Shown piece after piece: positions 42,332 to 50,581 of a stretch of DNA of 58,049 nt. The first letter of the stretch is position 1; each line of letters begins with the position of its first letter. A program made the translations under genes and the position numbers. The stretch lies in the IMG/VR virus record IMGVR_UViG_3300045988_088962. One strand, written 5' to 3'. The notes beneath the pieces are model-generated. The model saw nothing but the letters and a program-made list of their open reading frames with translations. It did not search any database and was not told where the DNA came from. This DNA is from a virus.

Positions 42332-42714
42332 TCACCAGCCTTTTTAATGATGAACGCGGGCACGTTTCTGTCGGTAGCCCGACACAGGCAAACACACTTG
42401 GCAACCCAAGTATCAAAAGAAGCAGAAGGGATGCAGCACGTTGCATTTCGCTTAAAGCTTTCATCATCCGGTTTACTAAGCCAAACAGAAAGCGCCTTGT
42501 AGTCATACGCTTCCGTGACTCTGCACCATTCGATGCTATACTCATCAAAACACAGTCGGTTCATAATACGCATTGCCGTAAGCTTTGCTTCGGAGAGTTC
42601 CGCTTCCGTCCACTTGAGCTTGTCCGCTTCGTAAACCTTGACTGCTTCATCAATGGCAAACTTTGCATCATCTGGATGCTCAAGGTCAACCTTTAAGGTG
42701 ATAATCTGTTTCAT
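42322..42714 (-). CDS. Hypothetical protein.
   Basis: 130 aa within the operon. Confidence 0.55.
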   Translation of the reverse strand: MKQIITLKVDLEHPDDAKFAIDEAVKVYEADKLKWTEAELSEAKLTAMRIMNRLCFDEYSIEWCRVTEAYDYKALSVWLSKPDDESFKRNATCCIPSASFDTWVAKCVCLCRATDRNVPAFIIKKAGECW

Positions 42715-42716
42715 GT

Positions 42717-43469
42717 TCAGCCATCCGCTTTCTTGTTTTTCTCCGTCTTTAAGAAGAAATTAACGAAATAGACCTGACCAATTCCGGTCACCTTCGGGGT
42801 CTTATTGATAGAAGTGTGCCCATCGGAATGTGCAATGGACGTTTCCTTGATTTCAAACAAGCGAAGTTCCATAGACTTCTGCGTTGGCATATTGTAGTCC
42901 ATCTGCTTCTTGTCTTTAATCAGGTATCCGTTCTCACGCATCCACTGGAACAGGCGGTTCTGCCCCATCTGGATGCCGTTCTGCGACAGTAGCTTTGCCA
43001 TTTCACCAACAAGAATGCTCTGGCTGCTTGCGCTCACTGCGTCAGCAAAAAGAGCTTTCGGCTTCATGGTTTCAATCTGCTTGTCCTTCTCTTCCAGCTC
43101 TTCGTGCGCTGCGATCAGCGCAGTTGCAAGGAGCTGTGAGCGGGTAAGCTGCGGCTGTTCAGCCAGCTTCTTTTCCATTTCGTTGAACGCTGCAATGTAC
43201 TTGAGCTTCCACTCAAGAGCAGCCTTGCCGGTAAACCCCATAGCCAGCAGGGTGAAGCCGTCACGGTTCATCAGGTACATGGGGTACTGCTTGCCCCTGT
43301 TCTCAAACGTGGTTTCGTAGAACATGGATTTGGTGGCGGAATTTTCCGCCGCCAAAATCTGCCGGATACTCTCCAAAGTGTCCTTGTGTTCCTTTCCGAA
43401 GTTCTCGGCAACCTGACGGCTAGACGCTACCGGTTCGCCACTTTTCGTTGATAGTACGATTTCGCTCAT
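42717..43469 (-). CDS. Rha-family regulator with a KilAC/ANT antirepressor C-domain.
   Basis: VASSRQVAENFGKEHKDTLESIR...LMNRDGFTLLAMGFTG is Rha-like. The C-terminus ILVGEMAKLLSQNGIQMGQNRLFQWMRENGYL is KilAC-like. Confidence 0.7.
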   Translation of the reverse strand: MSEIVLSTKSGEPVASSRQVAENFGKEHKDTLESIRQILAAENSATKSMFYETTFENRGKQYPMYLMNRDGFTLLAMGFTGKAALEWKLKYIAAFNEMEKKLAEQPQLTRSQLLATALIAAHEELEEKDKQIETMKPKALFADAVSASSQSILVGEMAKLLSQNGIQMGQNRLFQWMRENGYLIKDKKQMDYNMPTQKSMELRLFEIKETSIAHSDGHTSINKTPKVTGIGQVYFVNFFLKTEKNKKADG

Positions 43470-43529
43470 TTTTCCTCTCTTTCTTTTTTGTGTTTTCATG
43501 TTCAAATATTTTCGCTGTCACAATTCAGG

Positions 43530-43751
43530 TTAATTTTCAGGTTTCTGCTTGATTTCCAGAATCTTACAGATGCTCTGGATAATCTTCTCCGGCTTTCGCT
43601 CGCCACGAAGAATCTTGTAGAGGTACGAATCATCAAGGAACAATCCAGTATCGCTTCGAACCGCCTGAATCAGCTCCGCTTGCTTCATACCTCGCTGTAA
43701 CAGCTTCATCTTCACTTCCAGCTCAAAGCCAGAACGGAAGTTTTCTTTCAA
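43530..43751 (-). CDS. Cro-like HTH regulator, the first gene of the early operon.
   Basis: The TTG start has GGAGGTGG 5 nt upstream. The HTH is MKQAELIQAV...SYLYKILRGER. It is divergent from the CI-like gene. Confidence 0.6.
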   Translation of the reverse strand: MKENFRSGFELEVKMKLLQRGMKQAELIQAVRSDTGLFLDDSYLYKILRGERKPEKIIQSICKILEIKQKPEN

Positions 43752-43778
43752 AATTCCACCTCCATTTGCTAAAATCTA

Positions 43779-43921
43779 TTGACAAGTACGGAAAACTGTA
43801 CTAATATAATGGTGTAGAGAGTTCATATTGTACAGTGTTCTGTACTGCCTATGTCTGTATTATAGTACAGAACACTGTACAAGTCAACTATTTTGTACAA
43901 AATTATGTGCATTTGTATACT
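43779..43921. promoter_or_regulatory. Lysis-lysogeny switch region: three 18-bp palindromic operators plus at least three candidate promoters.
   Basis: Operators: O3 AGTACGGAAAACTGTACT (43785-43802), O2 TGTACAGTGTTCTGTACT (43829-43846) and O1 AGTACAGAACACTGTACA (43864-43881). The minus-strand promoter is TTGACT-17-TATAAT (43887-43859). The plus-strand candidates are TTGACA-17-TAATAT (43779-43807) and TTGTAC-17-TATACT (43893-43921). Confidence 0.7.
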
Positions 43922-43944
43922 TGCACAAATATGGGAGTGTTCTT

Positions 43945-44274
43945 ATGTCGGACTTGTACAGCAATATCCATGCACTCTGCGAAAAAGAGGGAATCAAAGA
44001 CGGAACTCTTTGTGCCAACATCGGTATTCGCCGTAGTTTTCTTTCCGAGCTGAAAGCCGGGAGAACAAAAAGCCTGTCCGCAGAGGTTCTTTCTAAAATT
44101 GCAGCCTACTTCAACGTATCGGTAGACTACCTTCTCACTGGCGAACAAAAAGAAAACCCGCACCAGCAGCCGCAAAGTGAAGTTGATGCAGCAGTGGAAA
44201 GGATTAGAAAAAAGCTTGAATCTATGCCGACAGCGCAACGTGAAGCGCTGATGAACCTAATCGAGAAGATGTGA
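43945..44274 (+). CDS. CI-like repressor (HTH XRE family, no peptidase domain).
   Basis: LCEKEGIKDGTLCANIGIRRSFLSELKAGRTKSLSAEVLSKIAAYFNVSVDYLL. It is divergent from the cro-like gene. Confidence 0.7.
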   Translation: MSDLYSNIHALCEKEGIKDGTLCANIGIRRSFLSELKAGRTKSLSAEVLSKIAAYFNVSVDYLLTGEQKENPHQQPQSEVDAAVERIRKKLESMPTAQREALMNLIEKM

Positions 44275-44303
44275 GGAAATGGTTCTGACCCGGTAAAATA
44301 AAG

Positions 44304-44350
44304 ACCCCTTGTGCCGGGCTGGTGTAGCTCTGCGCAAGGGGTTTTCTGTT
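44304..44350. terminator. Bidirectional rho-independent terminator.
   Basis: ACCCCTTGTGC..GCGCAAGGGGT forms an 11-bp stem with one G:U, flanked by A- and T-runs. Confidence 0.7.
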
Positions 44351-44450
44351 ATTCCAGGTCTAATGCTTGCTCCGCTGCTGGAATCTTATCAGGATGTTCC
44401 AACAGCCATGCGATAAATCTGTCAATCTTAGCTCTTTCTTGTTCGCTCAT
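44349..44450 (-). CDS. Stand-alone 33-aa micro-gene.
   Basis: It has its own TTGACT-16-TATAAT promoter (about 44483-44510 on the minus strand), a GGGAGG RBS, the product MSEQERAKIDRFIAWLLEHPDKIPAAEQALDLE and its own terminator. Confidence 0.45.
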   Translation of the reverse strand: MSEQERAKIDRFIAWLLEHPDKIPAAEQALDLE

Positions 44451-44640
44451 TGCAGCATATCCTCCCGATCAGTAAATACGATTGTTCATTTGATACGATT
44501 ATACATCTTTCAGTTGTATAGTCAATACAATTTGAACAACTTCGCAAAAATCAAACGTTTTTTTGCATCCGTTACTTTACATCGGGAAAGCCACGAGCGT
44601 TCAAGTCAAAAGGGACAACGCCTATCCATCTTTCCTCCAA

Positions 44641-44844
44641 TCACAGCTCTACGAGCTGTCCGTTAATGCGTTCGATGCTATCTGCCGGGTCGCGCCCATC
44701 GTCTAAGGCGGCTACGGCACGATCTAGGACGGCTTTTGCTTCTTCGTAAGCAAACTTATCAGCATCGTTGTTTGCAAGGTTGTAGACCAGCTTTAAGGCG
44801 GTCTGGCGGGCATAGGGTATAAGCATGGTGTCGATTTGGTTCAT
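44641..44844 (-). CDS. Hypothetical protein (67 aa).
   Basis: It is preceded by a 23-codon ORF (44848-44919) that has a strong AGGAGG RBS. Confidence 0.5.
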   Translation of the reverse strand: MNQIDTMLIPYARQTALKLVYNLANNDADKFAYEEAKAVLDRAVAALDDGRDPADSIERINGQLVEL

Positions 44845-45060
44845 ATACTAGCCCTCCCACGGTTTTGGCGTTCTGCTTTCGGTCGGTTCAGATGCGGGCA
44901 TCCCGTCAATGATAATCATGTTGTTACCTCCTGTTTGATTATTTTTTCGATGTTACAGTTATAACATAGGCTGCTGTTGGTTCTCCATAGCAGCTTTTTC
45001 CATTTTTTGGCTTGTCGAATCCGGCAGTTTTGCAGAATTTTGTTGAAAGGGCGTGAATTT

Positions 45061-45654
45061 ATGGATGAATATTTGTTAAGAACTGCAAAGGCATTGGAAA
45101 TGGCACGGATGCGTTCCGGTCTGAGCCAGCAGAAATTAGCAGCACGAATGGGCGTGAATCGTGGCACGATTGCCAACTGGGAGCAAGGTCTGGCGGCTAT
45201 TTCCCTACCAATGGCTATGCGCTGGTTCACCTGCTGCGGCGTATCGGCGGCTCGATACATGGACGCTTGCATTTATCCTGGACTGCTGGAGCATCTGGAA
45301 GACGACCTTTCCAACATGGAAAAGCGTCAGATTCTCATAGATGCCATGATTGAATGTTCTTCCTACGAGATAGATGCTTTGTTGTACATCCGGTACGGAG
45401 ACCACGGTTCAGACCACATGGGCGTGCTGACGGAGGTTCTGGCAAACCTCCATACGCCATTGAAGGACAGGGTCTCTGTTTGCCGGATGGTATCGGGCAA
45501 CTATGAGATAGCGCAGGCTACCGGGACAGACCCAGACCCGAATGGAACCGCCCCGAAGATGGAGATTCTTTATCAAGCGCAAGATGCCGGGACAGAAGCA
45601 GCCATGAAGTCCAACGATTCCTATACTGTTAATCCCAATAATATAAGCGGTTGA
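45061..45654 (+). CDS. HTH XRE-family regulator upstream of the plasmid-type origin.
   Basis: MARMRSGLSQQKLAARMGVNRGTIANWEQG. Confidence 0.6.
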   Translation: MDEYLLRTAKALEMARMRSGLSQQKLAARMGVNRGTIANWEQGLAAISLPMAMRWFTCCGVSAARYMDACIYPGLLEHLEDDLSNMEKRQILIDAMIECSSYEIDALLYIRYGDHGSDHMGVLTEVLANLHTPLKDRVSVCRMVSGNYEIAQATGTDPDPNGTAPKMEILYQAQDAGTEAAMKSNDSYTVNPNNISG

Positions 45655-45697
45655 TTGTCGAATTATCGCAGTTTTTGAGGAACATTTTGTCCACGTT

Positions 45698-46193
45698 TAT
45701 CCACTTTTTGTACACCTATCGGGCAAATCTACCTTGTCATTCCGTCCCCCATAGGCTATGAACCGACAATATTTGCGCATAATAAACAACGAATTAGCGC
45801 TAATTTATCGTTTGCGATTAAGCAGCTTGTCAATCCGTCCCCCATAACACCGGCTTAAAATTTTTTTATCCACTTTTTGTACACGTTAGGTAAACCTAAC
45901 CGTTAAGCGTTTCAACCTTTCGGATGTTAAGCATCTGTTTATTTAGCAGTATTCGCTTTGTGTTTTCCACTTTTCAGGAGAAAAAGAAAAGATTTTGTGG
46001 AAAATTTTCTTCTTCTGCTATTAGTAGAAGTTATTTTATAATCTTGTTAATAGTCTTGTTTTATATAATGTAAAGAGGTGTACAAAAAATGGATATAGGT
46101 GTACAGATTGTGGAAATGGGTGTACGAAATGTGGACGGTTAGGTGTACAAAAAGTGGAAACAGGTGTACGTTAACTATTGACTTGTACACCTG
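45698..46193. repeat. Rep iterons (GGTGTAC-N7-8-GTGGA), a plasmid-type origin.
   Basis: Forward copies start at 46077, 46098, 46119, 46142 and 46163 (21-23 bp spacing). Inverted copies lie at 45698-45716, 45867-45884 and 46183-46193. The inverted copies contain the DnaA-box-like TTATCCACT. Confidence 0.75.
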
Positions 46194-46206
46194 TTTGCGA
46201 TATACT
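46178..46206 (+). promoter_or_regulatory. rep promoter overlapped by an inverted iteron half-site.
   Basis: TTGACT-17-TATACT, with a spacer that contains TGTACACCTG. Confidence 0.6.
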
Positions 46207-46223
46207 ATTATACGAGAGGAGGC

Positions 46224-47318
46224 GTGATAAGAGTGTCCGATATTAAAGGCGGGAACTTGGTTGAAAAGAGCCGACAGCTTGTTTGGGCAAAGTTCACTGA
46301 TTATACAGCAGGAGAGCTTCGGTTGCTTGAAGTGTATCTTAGCCGTATCAATCCGAGAGACCCCGAAACTTCAACGGTTCAGTTTACGTTACAAGAATAT
46401 TGCGAATTTTTGGGGTTGAAAATCAACTCTAGGAATTTGAAAGCGCAGGTCAAGCATTTCATCGACAACTCCGTTGAAGTTCCTAGAGGCGACGGTTCAG
46501 GCTCGTTTGACTTGTATCCCCTGTTCAGTAGAGCAACGGTAAACTTTGAACCTAGTTTGATGAATATTACTGTGTCATTGTGTTGCAATCCGCTTCTGCA
46601 ACCTGTTTTCTTCGACATTGCGGAGCGTGGATATGTCAAGTACCGCTTGCGCTACACAGCGAATATGAAATCGCAGTATAGCATTTTGCTGTATTCAATT
46701 CTCCGAGAGTTCATCGGACGTGGCGTGAGCCAGCCCGAAATTACGTTGGATAGATTAAGGGAACAGCTTGGCGCAAGAGAACCTAGCTATCAAGAGTTCA
46801 AGCATCTTAGGCGGCGTGTCATTGATATTGCGGTAGCTGAAATAAACGAAGTATCAGACCTGTGCGTTGAATATGACAAGGTCATGAGAGGTCGCAATGC
46901 GGTTGCTGTGAAGTTCGATGTAGCTTTCAAGTCTAATGAGCCAGTCATAGACGTGGAAGCTAACGAGGTTGAAAGCGTAGAGCTAAAAGATGTTCCAAAG
47001 AGCCAACGACCTGCCAGAAAGCCCCGCAGTGGCGCATATGAGGATGTGGATTGGGCATCTATTGCGCCGGAGATGTCTAAAAGCCAGTGTATCTTGACTG
47101 CAAAACTGGTGGCAAAGAGATTGCCGGAGAAGTATCCGAACATCAAGCCTAACAAGAAAAAAGAAGCTGTTGTGAACATCATTGAGAATGCATACAGGAT
47201 TCTTGTCAGTGAGCGACTTGATAGGATTGAAAAAGACCCCGGCGCTTATATGTACTCAATTTTGAAAGAAGCAGACATTGACGATTATGCTACGTTTGAC
47301 GATAGCTTCTTGAAGTAG
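46224..47318 (+). CDS. rep: Plasmid replication initiator (Rep_3/RepB-like).
   Basis: LVEKSRQLVWAKFTDYTAGELRLLEVYLSRINPRD...FTLQEYCEFLGL resembles the Rep_3 N-domain, and iterons lie immediately upstream. It has a GTG start (46224 or 46233) after AGGAGG. Confidence 0.75.
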   Translation: MIRVSDIKGGNLVEKSRQLVWAKFTDYTAGELRLLEVYLSRINPRDPETSTVQFTLQEYCEFLGLKINSRNLKAQVKHFIDNSVEVPRGDGSGSFDLYPLFSRATVNFEPSLMNITVSLCCNPLLQPVFFDIAERGYVKYRLRYTANMKSQYSILLYSILREFIGRGVSQPEITLDRLREQLGAREPSYQEFKHLRRRVIDIAVAEINEVSDLCVEYDKVMRGRNAVAVKFDVAFKSNEPVIDVEANEVESVELKDVPKSQRPARKPRSGAYEDVDWASIAPEMSKSQCILTAKLVAKRLPEKYPNIKPNKKKEAVVNIIENAYRILVSERLDRIEKDPGAYMYSILKEADIDDYATFDDSFLK

Positions 47319-47378
47319 TCAGATACAACGCATTATGCAGAATGAGCACAGCGAGCAAATAAAGCAGAAAGGAGCGGT

Positions 47379-47645
47379 ATGAAGAAACAGGAAATTGTGT
47401 GGTATTCCGTTAAAGATGATGGGATGCCAACACAAGAAATCATTGAAAAAGCGAAAGGTCGGTTCTTGTGTTCGGTAAAAACGGCCTATCTAAAAGATGA
47501 ATCTATAACGGCAACAAACACAGTCGCAGCGTTTATTGAAAAGAGCGAGTTTGTAAACACATCGTTTCAGAGGTTGAACATTTCTTCGGACGCTTGCTTT
47601 ATTGCAAGAGTGGAAGCGTGGGCAGAAATGCCGATATACGAATAA
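47379..47645 (+). CDS. DUF551-like small protein.
   Basis: EIVWYSVKDDGMP...VEAWAEMP. Confidence 0.45.
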   Translation: MKKQEIVWYSVKDDGMPTQEIIEKAKGRFLCSVKTAYLKDESITATNTVAAFIEKSEFVNTSFQRLNISSDACFIARVEAWAEMPIYE

Positions 47646-47660
47646 AGAAAGAGTGATAAA

Positions 47661-48437
47661 ATGGCAAAAATCATAGCGGTCGCCAACCAGAAGGGCGGCA
47701 CAGGAAAGACCACCACAAGCACCTGTCTGGCTGGTGCGTTGCAGTTGCTTGGCAAGAAGGTGTTGCTGGTGGACTGCGATGCCCAGTGCAACGCAACGGA
47801 CACATACGGCGCACAGACAGAGGACGTGTGCACTCTGTTCGATGTAATGACCCGGCAAGGTACAGTAGAGGAAGGAATTCAGCACTGCGAAGCCGGTGAC
47901 ATTCTGCCGTCAGACAACGCATTGAAGGACATTGACGAGCAGCTTGTCCGGGACATTGGCAAGAACTTCCGGCTGCGTGAAGCGCTGGAATCCGTGTCTG
48001 CACAGTACGATTACATCGTTCTGGACACTCCCCCGCAGCTCGGTCTTGCGCTTGTAAACGCTCTGATCGCCGCTAACAGCATCATCGTTCCCATTACAGC
48101 AGACCGCTATGCGCTTGCCGGATTGAGCCAACTTTCGCAGACCATCGGCGATGTTCGCAGATACTTCAACCCGACTTTGAAGATTGAAGGTCTGCTTCTG
48201 AACCAGTACAAGAGCCGTGAGAACCTGTCCAAAGAGGTTGTAGAGCAGCTTCCTGTGATTGCAGAAAGCATGGGAACGAGGCTTTTGGGCGTAAAGATTA
48301 GACCGTCTATGGGTGTTCGTAAGGCGCAGGCAGAGCGGCACAGCCTGTTTAGCGGCGACACGGCAAAGAGCACCAGCGCAGAGGACTTTAAGGCTTTGGC
48401 GCAGATGATTGTAGAGGGGAAAGAAAAATGCGACTGA
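47661..48437 (+). CDS. parA: ParA/Soj-family partition ATPase.
   Basis: It has the deviant Walker A AVANQKGGTGKTTT and is 258 aa long. Confidence 0.9.
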   Translation: MAKIIAVANQKGGTGKTTTSTCLAGALQLLGKKVLLVDCDAQCNATDTYGAQTEDVCTLFDVMTRQGTVEEGIQHCEAGDILPSDNALKDIDEQLVRDIGKNFRLREALESVSAQYDYIVLDTPPQLGLALVNALIAANSIIVPITADRYALAGLSQLSQTIGDVRRYFNPTLKIEGLLLNQYKSRENLSKEVVEQLPVIAESMGTRLLGVKIRPSMGVRKAQAERHSLFSGDTAKSTSAEDFKALAQMIVEGKEKCD

Positions 48438-48739
48438 TTGATGCAGAAAATTTAAAAGAAACATACAAAAGCTGGATTTCAGAATATATTCAAAAAGGCA
48501 ACAATTCTTCTAAAGTAGAAGCAACCAGAAAATGTATCATGATGATAGATTATATAAATTCTTATAACGAAGAAGACGCAAGGCCTTCTGCGGAATGGGT
48601 TGTTACGGACGAAGAGAGAGATTGTGCTTGTTGCAGTAGGTGTGGATGGTATATCGACAGACCGAATGCTTCGTTTGCAATTTCAAGATATAAATATTGC
48701 CCAAATTGTGGTGCATGGATGGGAGGAATTGTGAGATGA
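48428..48739 (+). CDS. Hypothetical Zn-ribbon protein within the par operon.
   Basis: CACCSRCG...CPNCG. It overlaps both neighbouring genes. Confidence 0.55.
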   Translation: MRLIDAENLKETYKSWISEYIQKGNNSSKVEATRKCIMMIDYINSYNEEDARPSAEWVVTDEERDCACCSRCGWYIDRPNASFAISRYKYCPNCGAWMGGIVR

Positions 48740-49308
48740 AGTCAACCAGCAAAAAAACATCCGGTTTGTTGGGCGGGTTTGACTTCCAGCCTGTTTTTTC
48801 GGAACAGACATTAAGCCGAAGTGAACCAAAGGAAGAAGAAGTAAGCCAAACAAAGCCGAATAATGCCGAACAAGCACCGATTAAGCCTAGTGGAGCCACA
48901 GACAGCCATGCACGGCCGAGTGAAGCAGAATTAAGCAGTATTAAGCCGAAGCGAGTCAAAGACAGCGAAAGACAGCCAAATGATGCCGTATTAGGCGAAG
49001 GTAAGCCGAAGAAGCTGAAACAGGCGAAAGAAACGAAGCGGCTGATTGAACAGGGCAATATTCCCGGCGCACTAGCCGAAGCTGGCTTGACAAAGAAAAA
49101 AATCCCGATGCCGGAATCGCATCAGGGCGTTGCAAGCGGTGACGGCAAGCGTTCTAAGCGCATTACCATCCTTATGAGCGAGGAAGAACGCAAGTACATC
49201 AACCGTGAAGCCAGACGGCACGGAATGACGATTGGACAGTTCGTGTACGCTCTGGCTGCTGCTGCGGCAGACGGGAAGATTGAACTGGAGGATTTCTTGG
49301 AGGATTGA
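48736..49308 (+). CDS. RHH (ParG/CopG-like) candidate centromere-binding protein with a repeat-containing N-terminal tail.
   Basis: The C-terminus KRITILMSEEERKYINREARRHGMTIGQFVYALAAAA is RHH-like. GGGAGG lies before the ATG at 48736, and there is an alternative internal ATG at 49108. Confidence 0.6.
   Translation: MKSTSKKTSGLLGGFDFQPVFSEQTLSRSEPKEEEVSQTKPNNAEQAPIKPSGATDSHARPSEAELSSIKPKRVKDSERQPNDAVLGEGKPKKLKQAKETKRLIEQGNIPGALAEAGLTKKKIPMPESHQGVASGDGKRSKRITILMSEEERKYINREARRHGMTIGQFVYALAAAAADGKIELEDFLED
48811..49020 (+). repeat. Twenty-one tandem degenerate 10-bp units (nnaAGCCgaa), a candidate partition centromere embedded in the coding sequence.
   Basis: Read directly: ttaagccgaa gtgaaccaaa ggaagaagaa gtaagccaaa caaagccgaa taatgccgaa ... 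gtaagccgaa gaagctgaaa. Confidence 0.7.
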
Positions 49309-49311
49309 TGT

Positions 49312-49869
49312 ATGATTGTTTATAGACCTCATCGTGGTTCTTTGGAAGATGCCATGAAAGAAGTAAAAACATTTGACAACTGGTATCAGATGACACATTA
49401 TATTGCAAATAATTGGAATTTGGCGGTTGGCAAGAAAGTGATAGACCCTGACGATATTGTTATGGACGACAAACCGGTCAATGATGACCGTGTTGGTTGG
49501 AAAGACGTTCACATGGTTTTGGCAACTCGTATTTGGAATGACAATTTTATGGAAAAATACGGAAACTCGCAGTGTATCGGGTATTGCACTTACGATGTCT
49601 CAAGTGTCAAAAAATACTTAACACCGAAAGAAGTAGGGGGCGAAAACTTTTATTGGGTCAAAATCCAGTACGATGATGACGAAAAATGCAGACACTTTCA
49701 AGCTCAGTTCGTCTTGTTTGCAAATGACAAGGATGAAGCAAAGGCTAAAATCGAGCGAGAAGTCCCCGGAAAATTCTCCATCGTTGGCATAGTTGAGCTT
49801 GATAAGAGCCTTGTATTCCATCCGCAAGACTTATTTGACATAAAAGCTAGGTCTGTACTTTGGGAATGA
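49312..49869 (+). CDS. Hypothetical protein.
   Basis: 185 aa within the operon. Confidence 0.6.
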   Translation: MIVYRPHRGSLEDAMKEVKTFDNWYQMTHYIANNWNLAVGKKVIDPDDIVMDDKPVNDDRVGWKDVHMVLATRIWNDNFMEKYGNSQCIGYCTYDVSSVKKYLTPKEVGGENFYWVKIQYDDDEKCRHFQAQFVLFANDKDEAKAKIEREVPGKFSIVGIVELDKSLVFHPQDLFDIKARSVLWE

Positions 49870-49882
49870 GGGTGGAGAAATT

Positions 49883-50290
49883 ATGCGCACATATAAGCCA
49901 CACAAGCGCAGGAGCAAAGAGGAACAAGCCAAAATAAATGCAGAGGCAACAAAACGTAAAGCAAAACTGGCTGAAAAGTACAATACTGGCACTCAATATT
50001 ACAAGGGTATTCCTGTTGAGCTGATTGTAAGAGAGGACTACGGTTGCTACAAAGCAAAGCGTTTCAAAATCAATAATAGCAATCAGAATGTGTGGATTCC
50101 AAACTGCTATCTCGAAGATGACGGAACAATCAAGGCGAATATGAACATTGACTTTGTATTCCGTAAGTCTGTAAACCAGTTAAACAAAGCTGGAATCACG
50201 CAAGCAATTATCGGCATCAAACGTAAAATGCCGGAAGCAGATGTGCCAAATCTCAAAAGCACCATGCAGAAAATCGGAGATAAGATTTAA
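49883..50290 (+). CDS. Hypothetical protein.
   Basis: 135 aa with a GGGTGGAG RBS. Confidence 0.6.
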   Translation: MRTYKPHKRRSKEEQAKINAEATKRKAKLAEKYNTGTQYYKGIPVELIVREDYGCYKAKRFKINNSNQNVWIPNCYLEDDGTIKANMNIDFVFRKSVNQLNKAGITQAIIGIKRKMPEADVPNLKSTMQKIGDKI

Positions 50291-50302
50291 GGAGAGATTG
50301 CT

Positions 50303-50560
50303 ATGACTTACGGAGAAATGAGCAACTATATCACTCATATTAGTGACAATGACTTGGTTGCGTTGTGCAAGAGCGTTTACGAGTTCAAGAATGGAAATGG
50401 TGTGTTGGAGCCCACTTCGACACTCAAAATTCTTGCAGAAAACCTACAGTTTTCTGATGTGAGAGCGTTGGAATATGCCATTACAGAAGAAGCGCATAAA
50501 CGGTATGGACAGATTGTATTGCTTCTCATGAAAGATGCCCCGTCGCATTATTTGAAATGA
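50303..50560 (+). CDS. Hypothetical protein.
   Basis: 85 aa with an AAGGAGAG RBS. Confidence 0.6.
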   Translation: MTYGEMSNYITHISDNDLVALCKSVYEFKNGNGVLEPTSTLKILAENLQFSDVRALEYAITEEAHKRYGQIVLLLMKDAPSHYLK

Positions 50561-50581
50561 TGAGTTTTAAGGAGAATCATA

